NCBI GenBank assembly: GCA_014905635.1
Contig: JABVCE010000040.1
Location: 1-64,000, forward strand
Direction of reading: 5' to 3'
Source of the DNA: Scenedesmus sp. PABB004
Lineage: Eukaryota
Length of the DNA stretch: 64,000 nt
Under the pieces are notes generated by a model that was not told the DNA's origin, searched no databases, and saw only the letters and a list, made by a program, of their open reading frames with translations. The position numbers and the translations under genes were made by a program. Positions 10,562 through 23,042 of this stretch are shown here, piece after piece; the stretch's first letter is position 1; each line of letters opens with the position of its first letter.

Positions 10562-11045
10562 TCGGTCGGCGGAGGGCCCTGGATCTGTGGGGGAGCTGCG
10601 TGTTCTGGGAAGGCAGTGAGGCGCGGCGGCGGCTCGCCCGGCGCGACGGCTGCGTGCGGCCCTGAACCGCGGCGCCAATGCAACGCATGACGTGGGTTTC
10701 CGTGTGCGCCCGACGCACAGCGTTCGTCCGTCCGCCCAGTGTCCGCACGCACGCGGCAGCGCCCGCGCCAGCGTGCTGCTGCAGCGCACGCCGCCCGCTG
10801 CCGCCAGGGCGCGCCGCCTCGGCATTCCCGTGCGAGGGAGGCGCTGTTGACGCGCGGCCCAGCGCCTCGCAGCGCGGGCTGAGCAGCAGCGCACGCGCCG
10901 GCGGCCGCCGCTGCTCCCGCTGCCGTCGCGCCCCGCGGTGGCTCTCCCCGGCGCCGGCGCCCCTGCCTCCCCTCCTCTGCCCTGGCCCGCGTCCGCGCTT
11001 GCTGTTGACGTGCGTGCGCGGTCCGGCGCCGGGCGCGGGGGCGTC

Positions 11046-13180
11046 ATGCCGGAGCCGGCGCAGCAGCAGCCGGCGGCCGCGGCGCCCACTCGCTTCGTCT
11101 ACTTTGCCCGCATACCGCCGCACGTCACCGAGGCGGCGGTGCGGGAGGTGTTTGAGAACGTGGGCCCCGTCCGTGCCTGCTTCTTCGCGACCAAGGAGGC
11201 CGCGGGCAGCAGCAAGCTCAAGTCGGTGAGCCGCCGCCGCGCGCCGCCGCCGCCGGCGCCGCGCACGCGCTGCCGGGGGGCGCAGCCGGCGCTGCCGCAC
11301 GCGCGCGGACGCAGCGCACGCGACGCGCTGCCCGCCGCGGCCGCCGCCGTCAGGGCTACGTCGAGTATGCGCGCGTGGAGGACGCGGCCACGGCGGTGCA
11401 GCAGCTGCACAAGTTTTCGGCTGGGTGGGGCGACCCTCCGATGGCGGTGCAGCGCACGGACGAGGCACACGCGGCGGCGGGCCTCGCCCGCGTCCGCAAG
11501 TCCGCGGCGGCCGACGGCAACCCGCTGCCGCAGCAGGCGGCCGCGCCGGGGCCCGCGCGGCCGCCGCTGTCGGGCGCGCGGCCGCCTGGCGCGGGCGCCG
11601 GCGCGGGCGCCGGCGGCGCCGGCCCCGTCGTGGCGCTGCGGCGCGAGCGCAGCACGGGCGGCAGCAGCGGCTACGGCGGCGGCGGCGGCGACGGCAGCGG
11701 GCCGGGGAGCGAGTCCGTCGACGATACGTGGGGCGGCGACGCGGGGCGGCTGCGCAGCAACGGCAGCGGCAGCGTCGACCTGAACGACGACGGCAGCGGC
11801 GGCGGCGGCAGCGGCGGCGGCGGCGGCGGCGGGCGGGTGAGCGCCGGCCGGCTGGGGGCCGAGCCGCGCGGCTGCGCTCGCCGCGCCGCGGGGCGGCTGC
11901 GCGCCGCCGCCACGCCAGCCCGCGCGCCCGGCAGCCGAGCACCGCGTCCGCGCCGCGCCGCCGCGCAGGGGCCGCCGCCGGAGCTGGACGAGCTGGAGCG
12001 CAGCATCAAGGCGACGAGCAGCGAGGTGGCGCTGGCGGCGCTGCTCCAGCGGCGCTGGGACGAGCTGGAGCAGAGGCACTGCATCGCCGCGATGGACCGG
12101 CTGGTCAACGGCTCGCCGCGCAGCCGCACCAGCGGGGCGCTGCTGGAGGACCTGGTGGGCCTCTACGTCGACCAGCTGCGGCTCGACACCCTGGGCCCAA
12201 GCAACTGGCCCGACACGACCGCCTACGCCGTCGCGCACGTGGTCTGGGCGGCGGCGCGCTTCCGGCACACGCTGTCCCCGCGCGCGGGCGCCGCGCTGCT
12301 GGAGGCGTGGACGCGCATCGTGACGCTCAGCCCGCGCCTCGCGTCGCGCGCGGACGCCAAGAACTGGAACAACATGCTCTACGCCATCGGCGAGGGCCGA
12401 CTCGACGCGACGGCCGAGCAGCTGCACGGCCTGCTCGCGGGCCTGTTGCGCGCGCACGACGTGGAGCCGCGCCACGCCTCGGTCGCGCTGCTCGCCGCCG
12501 GGCGGCTGGCGGAGCGCCGCGGCTGCGCGCCGCCGGCACCGGAGGTGCAGGCGGAGCTCGTGCGGCGGCTGCTGAGCTCGAGGACGCGGGCGGTGGTGGC
12601 CGAGAACCTGGCGGTCGCGGTCAGCGGCGCCGGCAAGCTCGCGGCCGCGGGCGTGCCGGCGCCGCCCGACGCGCTCGGCGCGCTGCTCGGCGCGGCGCTG
12701 AGCCAGCGCTGCCTCGCGGAGCTGTGGGGGTGCGAGGTCAAGGCCTTCAACCTCCCCCAGCTGCTGCGCGGCGCGGCGGAGCTCGCGGACGCGCCGGCCG
12801 TGGCCGAGGGCGGCGGCCCCGCGCCGCGCCTGGCCGAGGGCGACGCGCTGCGCCTGCTGGGCGCGTTCGTCGACCGCACCGCCGCCAAGGCCGGCCGCGG
12901 GCAGCTGCCCTGCTCCGGCGACGAGGCCGCCGACGCGCTCTGGGGCGTCGCGGCGCTGTGGGTCGGCCCGCTCGGCCGGCGCAGCGGCGAGCCGCTGCCC
13001 GCGCCCGCGGCGGCGCACGCGGCGCGCGTGGTCGGGCTGCTGCTGGAGCACCGCACCGGCGCGTTTGCGGCCGCGCCGGACCGCCTCGCCGACGCCGTGT
13101 GGGCGCTCGACGCGCTGGGGCGGCCCTGCGAGGACGAGCAGCGCCTCGCGCTGTATCGCTGCATCGACCGCTGCCTCTGA
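11046..13180 (+). CDS. RRM-domain protein with C-terminal OPR-like helical repeats
   Basis: RNP2-like VYFARIP and RNP1-like GYVEY (across intron ~11226-11352). Repeated helical motifs AVAHVVWAAARF, NWNNMLYAIGE, EPRHASVALLAAGRL, AADALWGVAAL, PDRLADAVWALDALG. Confidence 0.7.
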
Positions 13181-13480
13181 CGCGCCGGCGGCGCGGCGGC
13201 GGGTAACTGGAGTTGCGCCGACGCCCCTCGGCAGCCCGCCGCGCGCGCCCCAGTGGTCCGGGCACCCAGTCGATGGCGTGCCGGTCTCAGCATCGAGCAA
13301 GCGCTGCGCGCAGCGGGCGGCCGGGGTTCGGGGGTCAGCGGCCACACCTGCCGCCGCCGGCCCAGGCTCTCCGCTGCCGCCCCGCCCGCCCATTCCGCCC
13401 CCAGCTTCTCCGTCCCACGCCCCCGGCCCGACCCCAGCTCGCCCAGCCCGCCCCCAGCCAGCCGCCGCGTCGCAGCCACG

Positions 13481-14578
13481 ATGCGGTCGCTCGCGCTGCT
13501 CGGCCTGCTGGGCCTCCTGGCGCTCGCGCCCGCGCCCTCCAGCGCGCGTTCGCTGCGCCAGGCGGGCGCCGAGGGCGCGAACGCGACCGCCGCCAGCGCG
13601 AGCAGCCCCGCCCCTCCGCCCGCGTTCCCGACGCTCGCGGACGCAATCAACGCCGCCAACACCACGGCAGCGGGCAACATGAGCATCCTGGTGCGGCCGC
13701 GGCGGCGGTGGCGCCGCGGCGCGGCCGGCGCGAACGCGGCGCGCGCGCTGCGCGACTCGCGAGCCGCGCGCCGCCGCGCGCCCGCGCAGATGGCAGCCGT
13801 CGAGGCCGCCGGCGTCGCGAGCGCGCTCAACGCCGGCACGGCGTGGACCATCCTCGTGAGGCGGGGGCGCGGGACGCGGCCCGCGCGCCGCGCTCGACCG
13901 CCCGCCGGCGGCGCGGGCCAGCGCGCCGGGCGTGGCCCGCGCGCGCGTCCCGACCCCGACCCCGCCCCGCCCGCCCGCCCCCGCCCGCCTGCGCGCCGCG
14001 CGCCGCAGGCGCCCACCAACGCCGCTTTCCTCGCGCTGCTGCCGCGCCTCAACGTGAGCGCCGAGGCGCTGCTCGCCAACGCGCCGCTCCTCACGCGCGT
14101 CCTCTCGTATCACGTCATTCCCTCCGGCGCAGTCAACGCGTCGGGCCTGGCCGACGGCGCCAACCTCACCACCGCGCTCGGCCAAAACCTGACCGTGGCG
14201 CTCAACGGCACCAACGTCACCTTTGTCGGCGACGCGAGCAACGCGAGCGTGCTCGTGCCCGACATCGCCGCGGGCGCGAGCACCATACACGTCATCGACT
14301 CGGTGCTCCTCCCTGCGCCCGAGGCCGGCAACGCCACCAGCACCGCCGGCAACGCCACCGCCGCTGGCAGCAGCACCACGGGCGCCGCGGGCGCCGCGGG
14401 CGGCGAGGGCGGCGAGGGCGCGGAGGCCGGCGGCGGCGAGGGCGCCGAGTCCCCCGGCACCGAGGCCGCCGGGTCTCCCGCCACCGAGGCCGCCGAGTCC
14501 GGCGGCGGCACCGATGCCACTGAGCCCCCGGCGGGCGAGGGCACGCCGACCGGCACCGCCGCGGGCGGCGGCGCGTGA
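13481..14578 (+). CDS. Secreted fasciclin (FAS1) domain protein, 3 exons
   Basis: Signal peptide MRSLALLGLLGLLALA; FAS1 H1 WTIL/APTNAAF, central VLSYHVIP and H2 TIHVIDSVLLP; low-complexity acidic tail. Confidence 0.9.
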   Translation: MRSLALLGLLGLLALAPAPSSARSLRQAGAEGANATAASASSPAPPPAFPTLADAINAANTTAAGNMSILVRPRRRWRRGAAGANAARALRDSRAARRRAPAQMAAVEAAGVASALNAGTAWTILVRRGRGTRPARRARPPAGGAGQRAGRGPRARPDPDPAPPARPRPPARRAPQAPTNAAFLALLPRLNVSAEALLANAPLLTRVLSYHVIPSGAVNASGLADGANLTTALGQNLTVALNGTNVTFVGDASNASVLVPDIAAGASTIHVIDSVLLPAPEAGNATSTAGNATAAGSSTTGAAGAAGGEGGEGAEAGGGEGAESPGTEAAGSPATEAAESGGGTDATEPPAGEGTPTGTAAGGGA

Positions 14579-15080
14579 CGCGGTGTCGTGCGTGCTGTGT
14601 GTGCTGGCTGCTGCGGGTCAGCACGCGCTGACCCTGCGCGGGCCGTTGAGGGCTGCTTGTGCGGCCCCTGGCGCAGCGGCGGCGCAGCGCTGGCGCGAGT
14701 TGATGCGCGCCGCCGCGCCCGCCTGTTGGAACGCTTGATCGTTGCGCCGCGCGGGCGGGCGCGCTTCAGCAGCGGCGGTTCCAGCCGCGCGGCGCGCCAC
14801 GGTCAGCTGCCGGGCCCCTCAGCACTGGGCGAACTGCCGCTGCACCACGCCCTGGCCACGCCCTGGTCGGAGAGAGCTCCGCCGCTCCACGCCTCCGCTC
14901 CACTCGTCGTCAGCGCCGCTGCTGCGCCGCCCGCAGCCCGGCACAGCCCGCGTTCCAGCGCGTCCCTCTGCCTGCGCTCAGGCCCGCTGCGAGCGCTCCG
15001 GCTGCACGTGGCAGCGGCGGTGCCGAGCGGCGGCGGCAGCAGCAGCGGCGCGCGGCCATCCCGCGGCGCCGCTCGCCGGC

Positions 15081-16398
15081 ATGGCGCCCCTGGGCAGCGC
15101 GCGGCTGCCCTGTCGGATGCACAGCGGCTGCGTGGTGCAGTTGCGGTGGTCGTCACGTGCAGCAGCAGTGCCACGGCGGCGGCCGCTGCTGCGAGCGGCG
15201 CGAGCGGCCGACGCAGACGACGGGGCCGACAGCGGCGCTGCGCCGCCCGAGATTGACGGTGCGGCGGCGGTGGCCGGCGCTCGGGGTGGGGGCGCCGGCG
15301 GGAGGGCATGCCGGCCGCCGCCGTGCTGCGCCGAACGCTGCCGCGCCGCTCGCGCGCGGCCAGGCGACTGGCGCGCCTTCCGCGCCAAGCTGGTGGCCAG
15401 CACGGGCCAGGTGGACTGGAGCCAGCAGTCGGAGGAGAACGTGCGCCTGCTGCAGGTGCGGCCCGCCGCGCGGCCGCGCGGCGCCGCGCCGCGCACAGCA
15501 CGCGGCGAGACGAGTGCTCAGGCGCCGGCCGGCCGCAGGTCCAGAACCCAGGCCTCGCGCAGGAGGGGCTCTGGGCGCACGCCACGGCGCAGCCCGAGCC
15601 CGGCGGCCTGCTGCTCGCGACGCCGGACGCGCCGCGGCTGCTCGGCGACGACACGTTCTGGCAGGCGGTCGTCTTCCTCGTGCAGCACGGCCCGTCCGGC
15701 AGCGTCGGCCTCCTGCTCAACCGGCCCTCGGGCCTGCGCCTCGGCGTCGGCAAGGGCGGCCTGCCGCTGGCGATCATCGGCGCGCCGGCGGGCATGCAGG
15801 ACGCGTTCAGCGACAATCGACTCTACGCCGGCGGCCCGACGCGCCAGGACGTGAGCAGCGCCGCCGCCGCCGCGCCGCGCAGCGCCGCGTGGACGCGCGC
15901 GCGCGCGGCCGGTCGTCGAGCGCCCGCGCCGCGCCGCGCCGCGCAGGTGTTCCACCTGCTCCACGGCCACGCGCTGGAGGGCGCGATGGAGGTCTGCCCG
16001 GGCGTGTTTGTGGGCGGCGAGGCGGCGGCGACGCGCGCCGCGGCGGGCGGGCGCATCCCGGCGAGCGACTTCAAGTTTTTCAGCGGCGCCGTCGTGTGGG
16101 AGGGCGGCCAGCTGGCGCGCGAGGTCGCGCAGGGCGCGTGGTGCGCGGCGCGCAGCACGCGCGCGCCCGGCGGCCGGGCGGCGGCTGCGCGCCGCCGGGG
16201 TTGGTCGGTCGGCGGCGGCTGCGCGGGGCGGCCGACGCTCGCCGCACCGCGCCGTGCCGTCGCCGGCGCAGGTACTCGGCCGCGGCGTCACGGGCGATGG
16301 TGCTGAAGCAGTGCCTGCAGCTGCCGCGGCCGCTCTGGCGGGAGGTGCTCGGCGCCATGGGCGGCGAGTACGCAGCGGTTGCGGCGGCGGCCGACTGA
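15081..16398 (+). CDS. DUF179 / UPF0301 (AlgH/YqgE-like) protein, probably plastid-targeted
   Basis: DWRAFRAKL, WAH..PEPGGLLLA, FWQAVVFLVQHG..GSVGLLLNRP, LYAGGP, FKFFSGAVVWEGGQLAREV..GAW, PLWREVL. Confidence 0.88.
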
Positions 16399-16657
16399 CG
16401 TTTGAGGTTGCGGCGGCCGACTGACGTTTGAGCGCGCGGCGGCCCAGCGGCGGTTGCGGCGGCGGCCGGCGGTTCGCCGTTTGAGCGCGCGCGGCGGCGG
16501 CGCCGGCGGCGGCGGCCCGGCGGTGTCAACTCAGTCTCCGGCGCGTCGTGGCCTCTGCGGCTGCGGCCTTTGCAAAGGCCGCGCGCAATCTGCATCTGAC
16601 CGGCCACCATCATCAGCAGCCTCGCGCAGCAGCTTGCCGCAGCAGCCCATCGCGACG

Positions 16658-19600
16658 ATGAGCGTGCTGTGAGGCCGCGCGCCGCCCGCCTGGCCGCCGA
16701 AACAGCGCGAGCATGGCGGTCGCGATGTTTGCCGGCGCCCTGGCGCTCGTCCTGGCCTCCCTGCTGGCCTCACACCTCGCGGTGAGGGCCCTGGCGCGCG
16801 CCCGGAACGTTCGGCGCAGGCGGGGGAGCGCCCGGCGCGCCAGCAGCGCGAGGCGGGCGCATTGCCTGAGCTCACAACGCCGCGCTCGTCCCGCCCGCCA
16901 GGGCCTGCGCCCGAGCCCGCCGCCCTCGCCGCTGGCGGCTTGGCCCAATGCCACCCAGCAGCTGGGCCATGACAGCGGCGCGGCGTGGACGGCGCTGCGC
17001 CGCGGCTGGGCCGCCGTTGGGGCGCCGCAGGCGGGCGTGCGCTGCGCGGCCGTGCGCGCGCCGGGCTGCGCCGCCGCCGGCGCGCCGGCCTGCCTCAGCT
17101 GCAGCGCCTGCGCGTCCTGGGCCTGCGACACCTGCTCGTCGTGCGCGGGGCAGCAGCGACAGTGCGCGGCGGACCACCACAGCGCGGCGGCAGCGGCGCG
17201 GGCGCGCTGGCGGCAGCGCAGGCTCTCGGCGCAGGCCGCGGCGGCCACCGCGGACGCGGGCGGCGTGACCAGCGGCAAGGGGCAGCCCGCCGCGGCGGCG
17301 CCGGGCGCGCGGCAGGCGCCGCCTGCGGTTGCTGGCGGCAGGGGTGAGGACGTTGCTGCAATGGCGCGCGACGAGCGGCCGCAGCAGGCGCTGGAGCCGG
17401 CGGACGGCGAGGAGCAGCAGCCGCTGGAGCAGCTTGAGGAGGCGCCGCCGCAGCCGGCGGAGGCGCCACCGCAGCCAGCAGAGGCGCTGCCGCAGCCGGC
17501 GGAGGCGCCGGAGGAGGAGCAGCGGCCCGCCGAGCTGCCCGGCAAGCCTGAGGCCGCAGCGGCAGCCGCCGGCGGCGCCGCAGCAGCGCTGCGTGAGGCC
17601 GCGGAAGCTCTGGCGGCCGAGGCAGCTCCGTCCACTGGGGCTGAGCAGGTGCCGCTGGAGCACGTGCCGCTGGAGCAGCTGCCGCTGCAGCAGGTGCCGC
17701 TGGAGCAGCCGCCGCTGGAGCAGCCGCAGCTGCAGGAGCAGCCGCAGCCGCTGGAGCAGCCGCTGCAGGAGCAGCAGGAGCTGGAGCAGCCGCTGCAGGG
17801 CGTGGAGCTGCCGGCCATCGGCCGGGCGGTTGAGCCAGCCGCAGAGCAGGAGCCAGCCAGCGAGCGGCCGCAGCGGCAGGAGCCGCAGCTGCCGGCTGCG
17901 GCGCACCCGTTCCTCACCCCAGCCATGCTCATGGCGGCCAGCAGCAGGCACGGTGAGTGACGACGGCCCGCACGCCCCGCACGCCTCCGCCGCTGCCGAC
18001 GCTGCTCTCCCCGCGCCCGCAGGAGGCCGGCTGGCACTGCTGCTGGTCGCGGCGGCTGCAGCCTGTGCTGCAGCCTTTGCGCTCGCGCGGCTGCTGCGCG
18101 CGAGGGCGCGCAGGCCGCCAGACCGCGTCGACGCGGTCGCCGCCCTGCGCCAGGCGTGCCGCGAGCAGGAGGCATGGTTCAGGCTGCTCGGCCTGTCCGG
18201 CGCGGCGGCGGCACGCGTGGTCGCAGCCAACGCGGCGGCCGACGCGGCCGCGGCCAAGGCGCGCGCCGCGACGCGCTTTGCTCGCAAGCAGCTGCGCGCG
18301 CAGCGCGCGGCCGCGGCGGCGGAGCGCGACGCGGCGGTCGCCGAGGCGCTCGCCGCGGCCGGCGCGGCGGCCGCGGAGCGCGAGGCGGCGTCGGCGGCGC
18401 GGGAGCGCGAGCTCGCCGCGGACGTGCGGTCCAAGGCCGACGTCATTGCGGAGCAGCGCGCGGTGAACGGGTCGCTGGCGCAGCAGCTGAGCGAGGCCAA
18501 GGCGGAGAAGGCGGGGCTCTGCCACGAGCTGCGCACCGCGCGCGAGCAGCTCGCGCGGGAGCAGGGCCGCGTCGAGGCGATGCTCGCAGAGGAGGCCGAG
18601 GCCAAGGGCCAGGCCAGGGACGTGAGCAGCAAATACGAGTTCCTGCAGGCCGAGCTCAGCAAGGAGCGCGCGAGCGCGGCGCAGCTCGGCAGCGAGCTCG
18701 CGCACCTGACCGCCGCGCACGCGGGCGCCGAGGCGGCCGCCGAGGCGCTGCGCGGCGAGCGCGCGGCGCTGCAGGAGCGGCGCGAGGGCCTGGAGAAGCA
18801 GCTGGCGGTGGCGGCGGCAGAGCTCGCCGACGCGCGCGCCGCGGGCGCGGAGCAGGCCAGCCGCGCGGCGGCGGCGGAGTCGGCAGTGGCGGAGCTGCGG
18901 GCTGAGAAGGCTGCGCTGCAGGGCAGGGGCGAGGCGCTGCAGCAGCAGCTCACCGCCACGGCGGCAGAGGCCGCCGAGCTGCGCAGCCAGGGCGCAGCGA
19001 CGGCGGCGACGCTCGCGGCGGCGCAGGAGGGCGCCGCCGCGCTGGGCGAGGAGCTGGCGGGCGCCAAGGCGCGGTGTGACGCGCAGGCGGGCGAGCTGGC
19101 GGCGCTGCAGCAGCAGCTCGCCGCGGGCGCCGCCGCGCTCGCGGCGGCTGAGGAGCGCTGCGAGGCGCTGCGGGCCGCCAGGGCGCAGCTGGCTGCGGAG
19201 CTCGCAGACGCCGCGGCGGCGGCGGCGGCGCACGAGGCGCACGTGTCGTCGCTGACCGCGGCGCTCGCGGCGGAGCAGGCCACCGTCGCGGGCCAGCTTG
19301 CGCAGCTCGGGTCCCTGACCGCGGCGCACAAGGAGGCCCTGGAGCGCGCGGAGGAGCTGGACCAGAGCCTGATGGAGAGCACGCAGCTGCTGGAGGAGCG
19401 CGAGGCGCAGCTGCTTGAGGAGCGGGAGGTGCAGCTCGCGCTGCAGGGCGACATCGCGGTGAGCGGCGCGCGGCGGCCGGGGGCGGCGGCGGCGGCGGCA
19501 GCGCGCGGCGCGCACCGGCTGGTCCAGCCGCCCGCGGCGTCGCTGACCGCCCGCCCGCCCGCGGCGTCCGCGCCGCGTCCCCTGCGCAGGAGCTGGAGCG

Positions 19601-21205
19601 GCGGCTCACCGCGGCGTCGGCCAACCTCGCGACGCGCGCGGCCACGCTGCGCGAGGCGCAGGAGAGCTTGAGCGAGACGGAGGGCAAGCTGCACGAGGAG
19701 GAGGCGCGCTGCAGCGAGCTCGGCAGCCTCAACGCGCAGCTCAGCGACCGCCTGGACCGCCTGGCGGCCGACAACCAGCAGATTGATCAGGTGCGGCGCG
19801 CTGCCCGCTCCCGGCGCCAGCCCGCCCGCGGAGCGAGCGCGCCCGCGCGCGTGTGGGCCCCGGCGGCCCTGCTCACGCGCCGCCGCCTGCCCGCCCGCCC
19901 GCGCCCCCGGGCGCCCCGCGCCGGCAGTACCTCGAGGAGGTGGTCGCCAGCCGCGACGCGCTCACGGCGCAGCTCGAGGCGACCGCCAGCAGCTACGCCG
20001 CGCTGCTCGCCGAGGCGGGCAGCGTGCACGCGCGCACAGAGGGCCTGCTCGCTGAGAGCCTCGACTCCCAGGTCGAGCTGGGCGGCAAGCTCACCGCCGC
20101 GCAGGTGCGCGCACGGCGCGGCGCTGCCCCGCCTCGCGCGTGCTCCGTCCCGCGCCGCGCGCCGGCCCTCAACGCGCCGCTGCCGCTGCCGCTGCCGGCT
20201 GCGCTCGCCGCCAGGCGGGGCTGTCCGCGGTGACCGCTGAGCGCGACGAGCTGGCAAAGAAGCTCTACTGGGCTGAGATTGCCCGCGACCAGCACGGCGC
20301 CGCCAAGGCCCTGGCCACGCAGGACGCCATCGCGGCGCGGCAGGCGCTGACGGAGGAGAAGCTGCTGCGCCGCGTCGTCGTGGCGAGCCCCGGCGCTGGC
20401 GCGCCGGGCGGCGGCGGCAGCGTCGGGCCCAGCCCCCGCGGCGGCCCCAGCCCGCGCGGCAGCCACGGCGGCAGCGGCGGCGGCGGCGAGGAGCAGCTGG
20501 TGCGCTACAACAGCGGCGGCAGCAGCTGCAAGGGCAAGTGGTGAGTGGCCGGCACCGGGCGCTCGCGCGCGGCGCCGGCGCCGCAGACGCGCCGCCGCCC
20601 GCCGCTGGCGCCCCTATGCTCCGCTCGAGCCGCGCTCACTGCCCGCCTCGCGCCGCCGCCACCACGCAGGCCGCCTGTGCTGGCCGGGTATCTGCACCAG
20701 AACCTTGCCGACCGCGGCGGCCGCGCCAGCACCAGCAGCCAGGGCGGCGGCAGCCCCCGCAGCCCCGCCCCGCTCGGCGCCGCGAGCCCCACCGCCTCGG
20801 CGGGCGACGGCAGCGCCGGCGGGCCCATGTTCTCGCCCGGCGTGGGCCCCAGCCCTCTGGGCAGCCGGGCGAGCTCGCCGCCGGGCTCGCCGCGAGGCGA
20901 CGGCAGCCACGGCGGCCTGGGCGCGGCGCAGCCGCCGGCCAGCCCCAGCCGCGGCAGCGGCGGCAGCCCGCTGCACAAGTCGGCGAGCGCGCCGGCGATG
21001 CCCGCCGAGCCGCAGCAGCACGAGCAGCAGGCGGCTGCGGCTGCGGCGGCGCAGGGCCAGGCGGCCGCGGCTGCCGACGGCCTGCGGCAAAACTTCAGCA
21101 GCCCTGGCGAGCAGGTGCTGCCGGCGGCGGACGGCGCCGCAGCTGCTCCGCCGCCGGCGCAGCAGCCGCAGACGGCCGGGCTGCAGCCGCCGCAATCGCC
21201 ACAGC

Positions 21206-21259
<54 letters not shown>

Positions 21260-21903
21260 GCAGCCCGCAGCAGCACGGCAGCCCGCAGCGGGTGCCCGCC
21301 CTGGAGGTCACCACCTCGCCGAGCCTCCGCGTCACCAGCGGCAGCAGGGGCGAGCGCAGCCCGCTGCCGCTGGCGCTGTCACCGGTGCCCTTTGAGCTGG
21401 GTGCCAGCTGCGAGGCCAGCGCCTTGCTCGGCGGCGCGCCGGTGGGCGCGAGCGGCGAGGCGCCCGGACCGGCGGAGGCCGGGGCCGCTGCGCCGGCGCC
21501 GGGCGGCTCGGCGGGCCAGGCGCAGGCGGCGCTGCTGTCCGGCTCTGGTGAGCGGTTCTTCACGCCCTGCCGCGAGGCGCGCGCGAGCACAGAGTCGGAC
21601 GCCTCCACGCCGGCGCGGCGCGCCCCCGCCGCGGGCGCGGCGCAGCAGCCGGCCGCCGCGCCCCCGGCGGCGCCACGCCCTTCTTCACCCCCGCCGCCGC
21701 CGAGCCCGGCCCGGGCGCCCCGCCCTCGTCGACCTCGCCGCCGGACGGCGCGCCGCGGCGCTTCGGGGGCGGTGCTGAGCTGGACGACGACGACGAGGCT
21801 GACGTGCTCATTGGCAGCATGACAGAGCTGGACTGGACCGCCGCGCGCCCACCGCACGCGGCGCCGGGCGGCCTGCTGGCGCAGGCGGCCGCGGCGGCAC
21901 GGC

Positions 21904-21934
<31 letters not shown>

Positions 21935-23042
21935 GCCCGGCGGGCAGCCCGCTGCCGCGCCCGCGGCAGGGGCGCAGGCCGGCGCCAAGCTGTCAAAGAG
22001 CCAGCGCAAGAAGCTCAAGGCCAAGCAGAAGCGGCTGGGCGCGAGCAGCCAGCAGGGCGAGCCCGCGCCGCCGGCACCGGGGCCCGAGCCGTCGCTGGAC
22101 CTGGTGCCCGCCGGGCCGGCGGGCGCGCCCGCGGCCGCGCGCCGCGCCGACCAGGAGCGCGGGCGGGCGGGCGACGGCGGCGGCAGCAGCAGCAGCGACG
22201 AGGACGACGGCGCGGCCGCGGGGGCGGCTGACGCCGACGAGGACGGCTGCGCCGACGCGCCGCACGCGCGGGGCCTGCCCAGCAGCCCGCCCAAGATGTT
22301 CATCGCGCCGCCGGCCGCTGCTCCCGGCGGCGCTGGCGGCGGCGGCGGTCGCTACGGCAGCCCGCTCCGCGCGGCCGCGGCGGCCGGCGCGGCGACGACC
22401 GCCGGCGGCGCCGGCTCGCCGCGGCGCGCGGGCGGCGGCGGGCGGGCGGGGTCGCCGGACGCGGCGGCGCTGGCCCTGCCGCGCGCCGGCAGCGGCGGCA
22501 GCCTCGGCAGCGGCGGCTCGGGCGGCAGCCCCGCGCGCGCCGGCAGCCGCCTGCGCGCCGGCAGCAGCCGGCTGGGCAGCCCCACGGGGACCAGCTGCAG
22601 CTCCATCAAGAGCCTCGCCGCGCAGCAGAGCCGCCTCCGCAGCTTCAGCGGCGCCGCGGGCGCCGCGGGCCACGGCGCCGACCAGGACGGCCCCGGCGGC
22701 GCCGCGGCGCCGCGCGCGGGCGAGCTCGCGCGCGGCCTCGGCCTTGGCGGCGGCGACGGCGGCGACGACCTGCCGCGCGCCTCGCTGGGCGATGGCGCCG
22801 GGCTGTTCCGCTCCAGCGTGGCGTGGAAGGCGCTGTCAGACTCGGTCTGTGCGTCGTCGGAGCCGCTGCCGCGCGTCGGCGCCGCCGCGCCCGGCAGCCC
22901 CGCGGCGCGCGTCGCGGGCCGGCTCGCGGCGGCGGCCAAGGCGGCCGGCGGCGGGGCGGGGCCCGACGGCGCGCGCAGCAGCGGTGACAGCCAGGACCAG
23001 CGGTGGTCAATGGTCTCTGAGAACCTGCTGTACTTTGACTGA
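16658..23042 (+). CDS. Large coiled-coil / low-complexity protein with two hydrophobic segments (possibly one multi-exon gene)
   Basis: Ala/Glu/Leu/Gln heptad-rich exons at ~18.0-20.4 kb joined by GT-AG introns; hydrophobic MAVAMFAGALALVLASLL and LALLLVAAAAACAAAFALARLL; SP-rich tail with poly-Q, ending MVSENLLYFD. Probable 1-nt frameshift at ~21661. Gene boundaries uncertain. Confidence 0.6.
21208..21258 (+). repeat. (CAG)n poly-glutamine tract
   Basis: Uninterrupted CAG run within the coding frame. Confidence 0.9.

Noticed and set aside
11099..14290. 1063-aa minus-strand ORF and similar antisense ORFs (e.g. 16872-19694, 47890-50589, 54159-56861)
   Set aside because: Shadow frames of real plus-strand genes; Arg/Ala/Gly-rich with no motifs.
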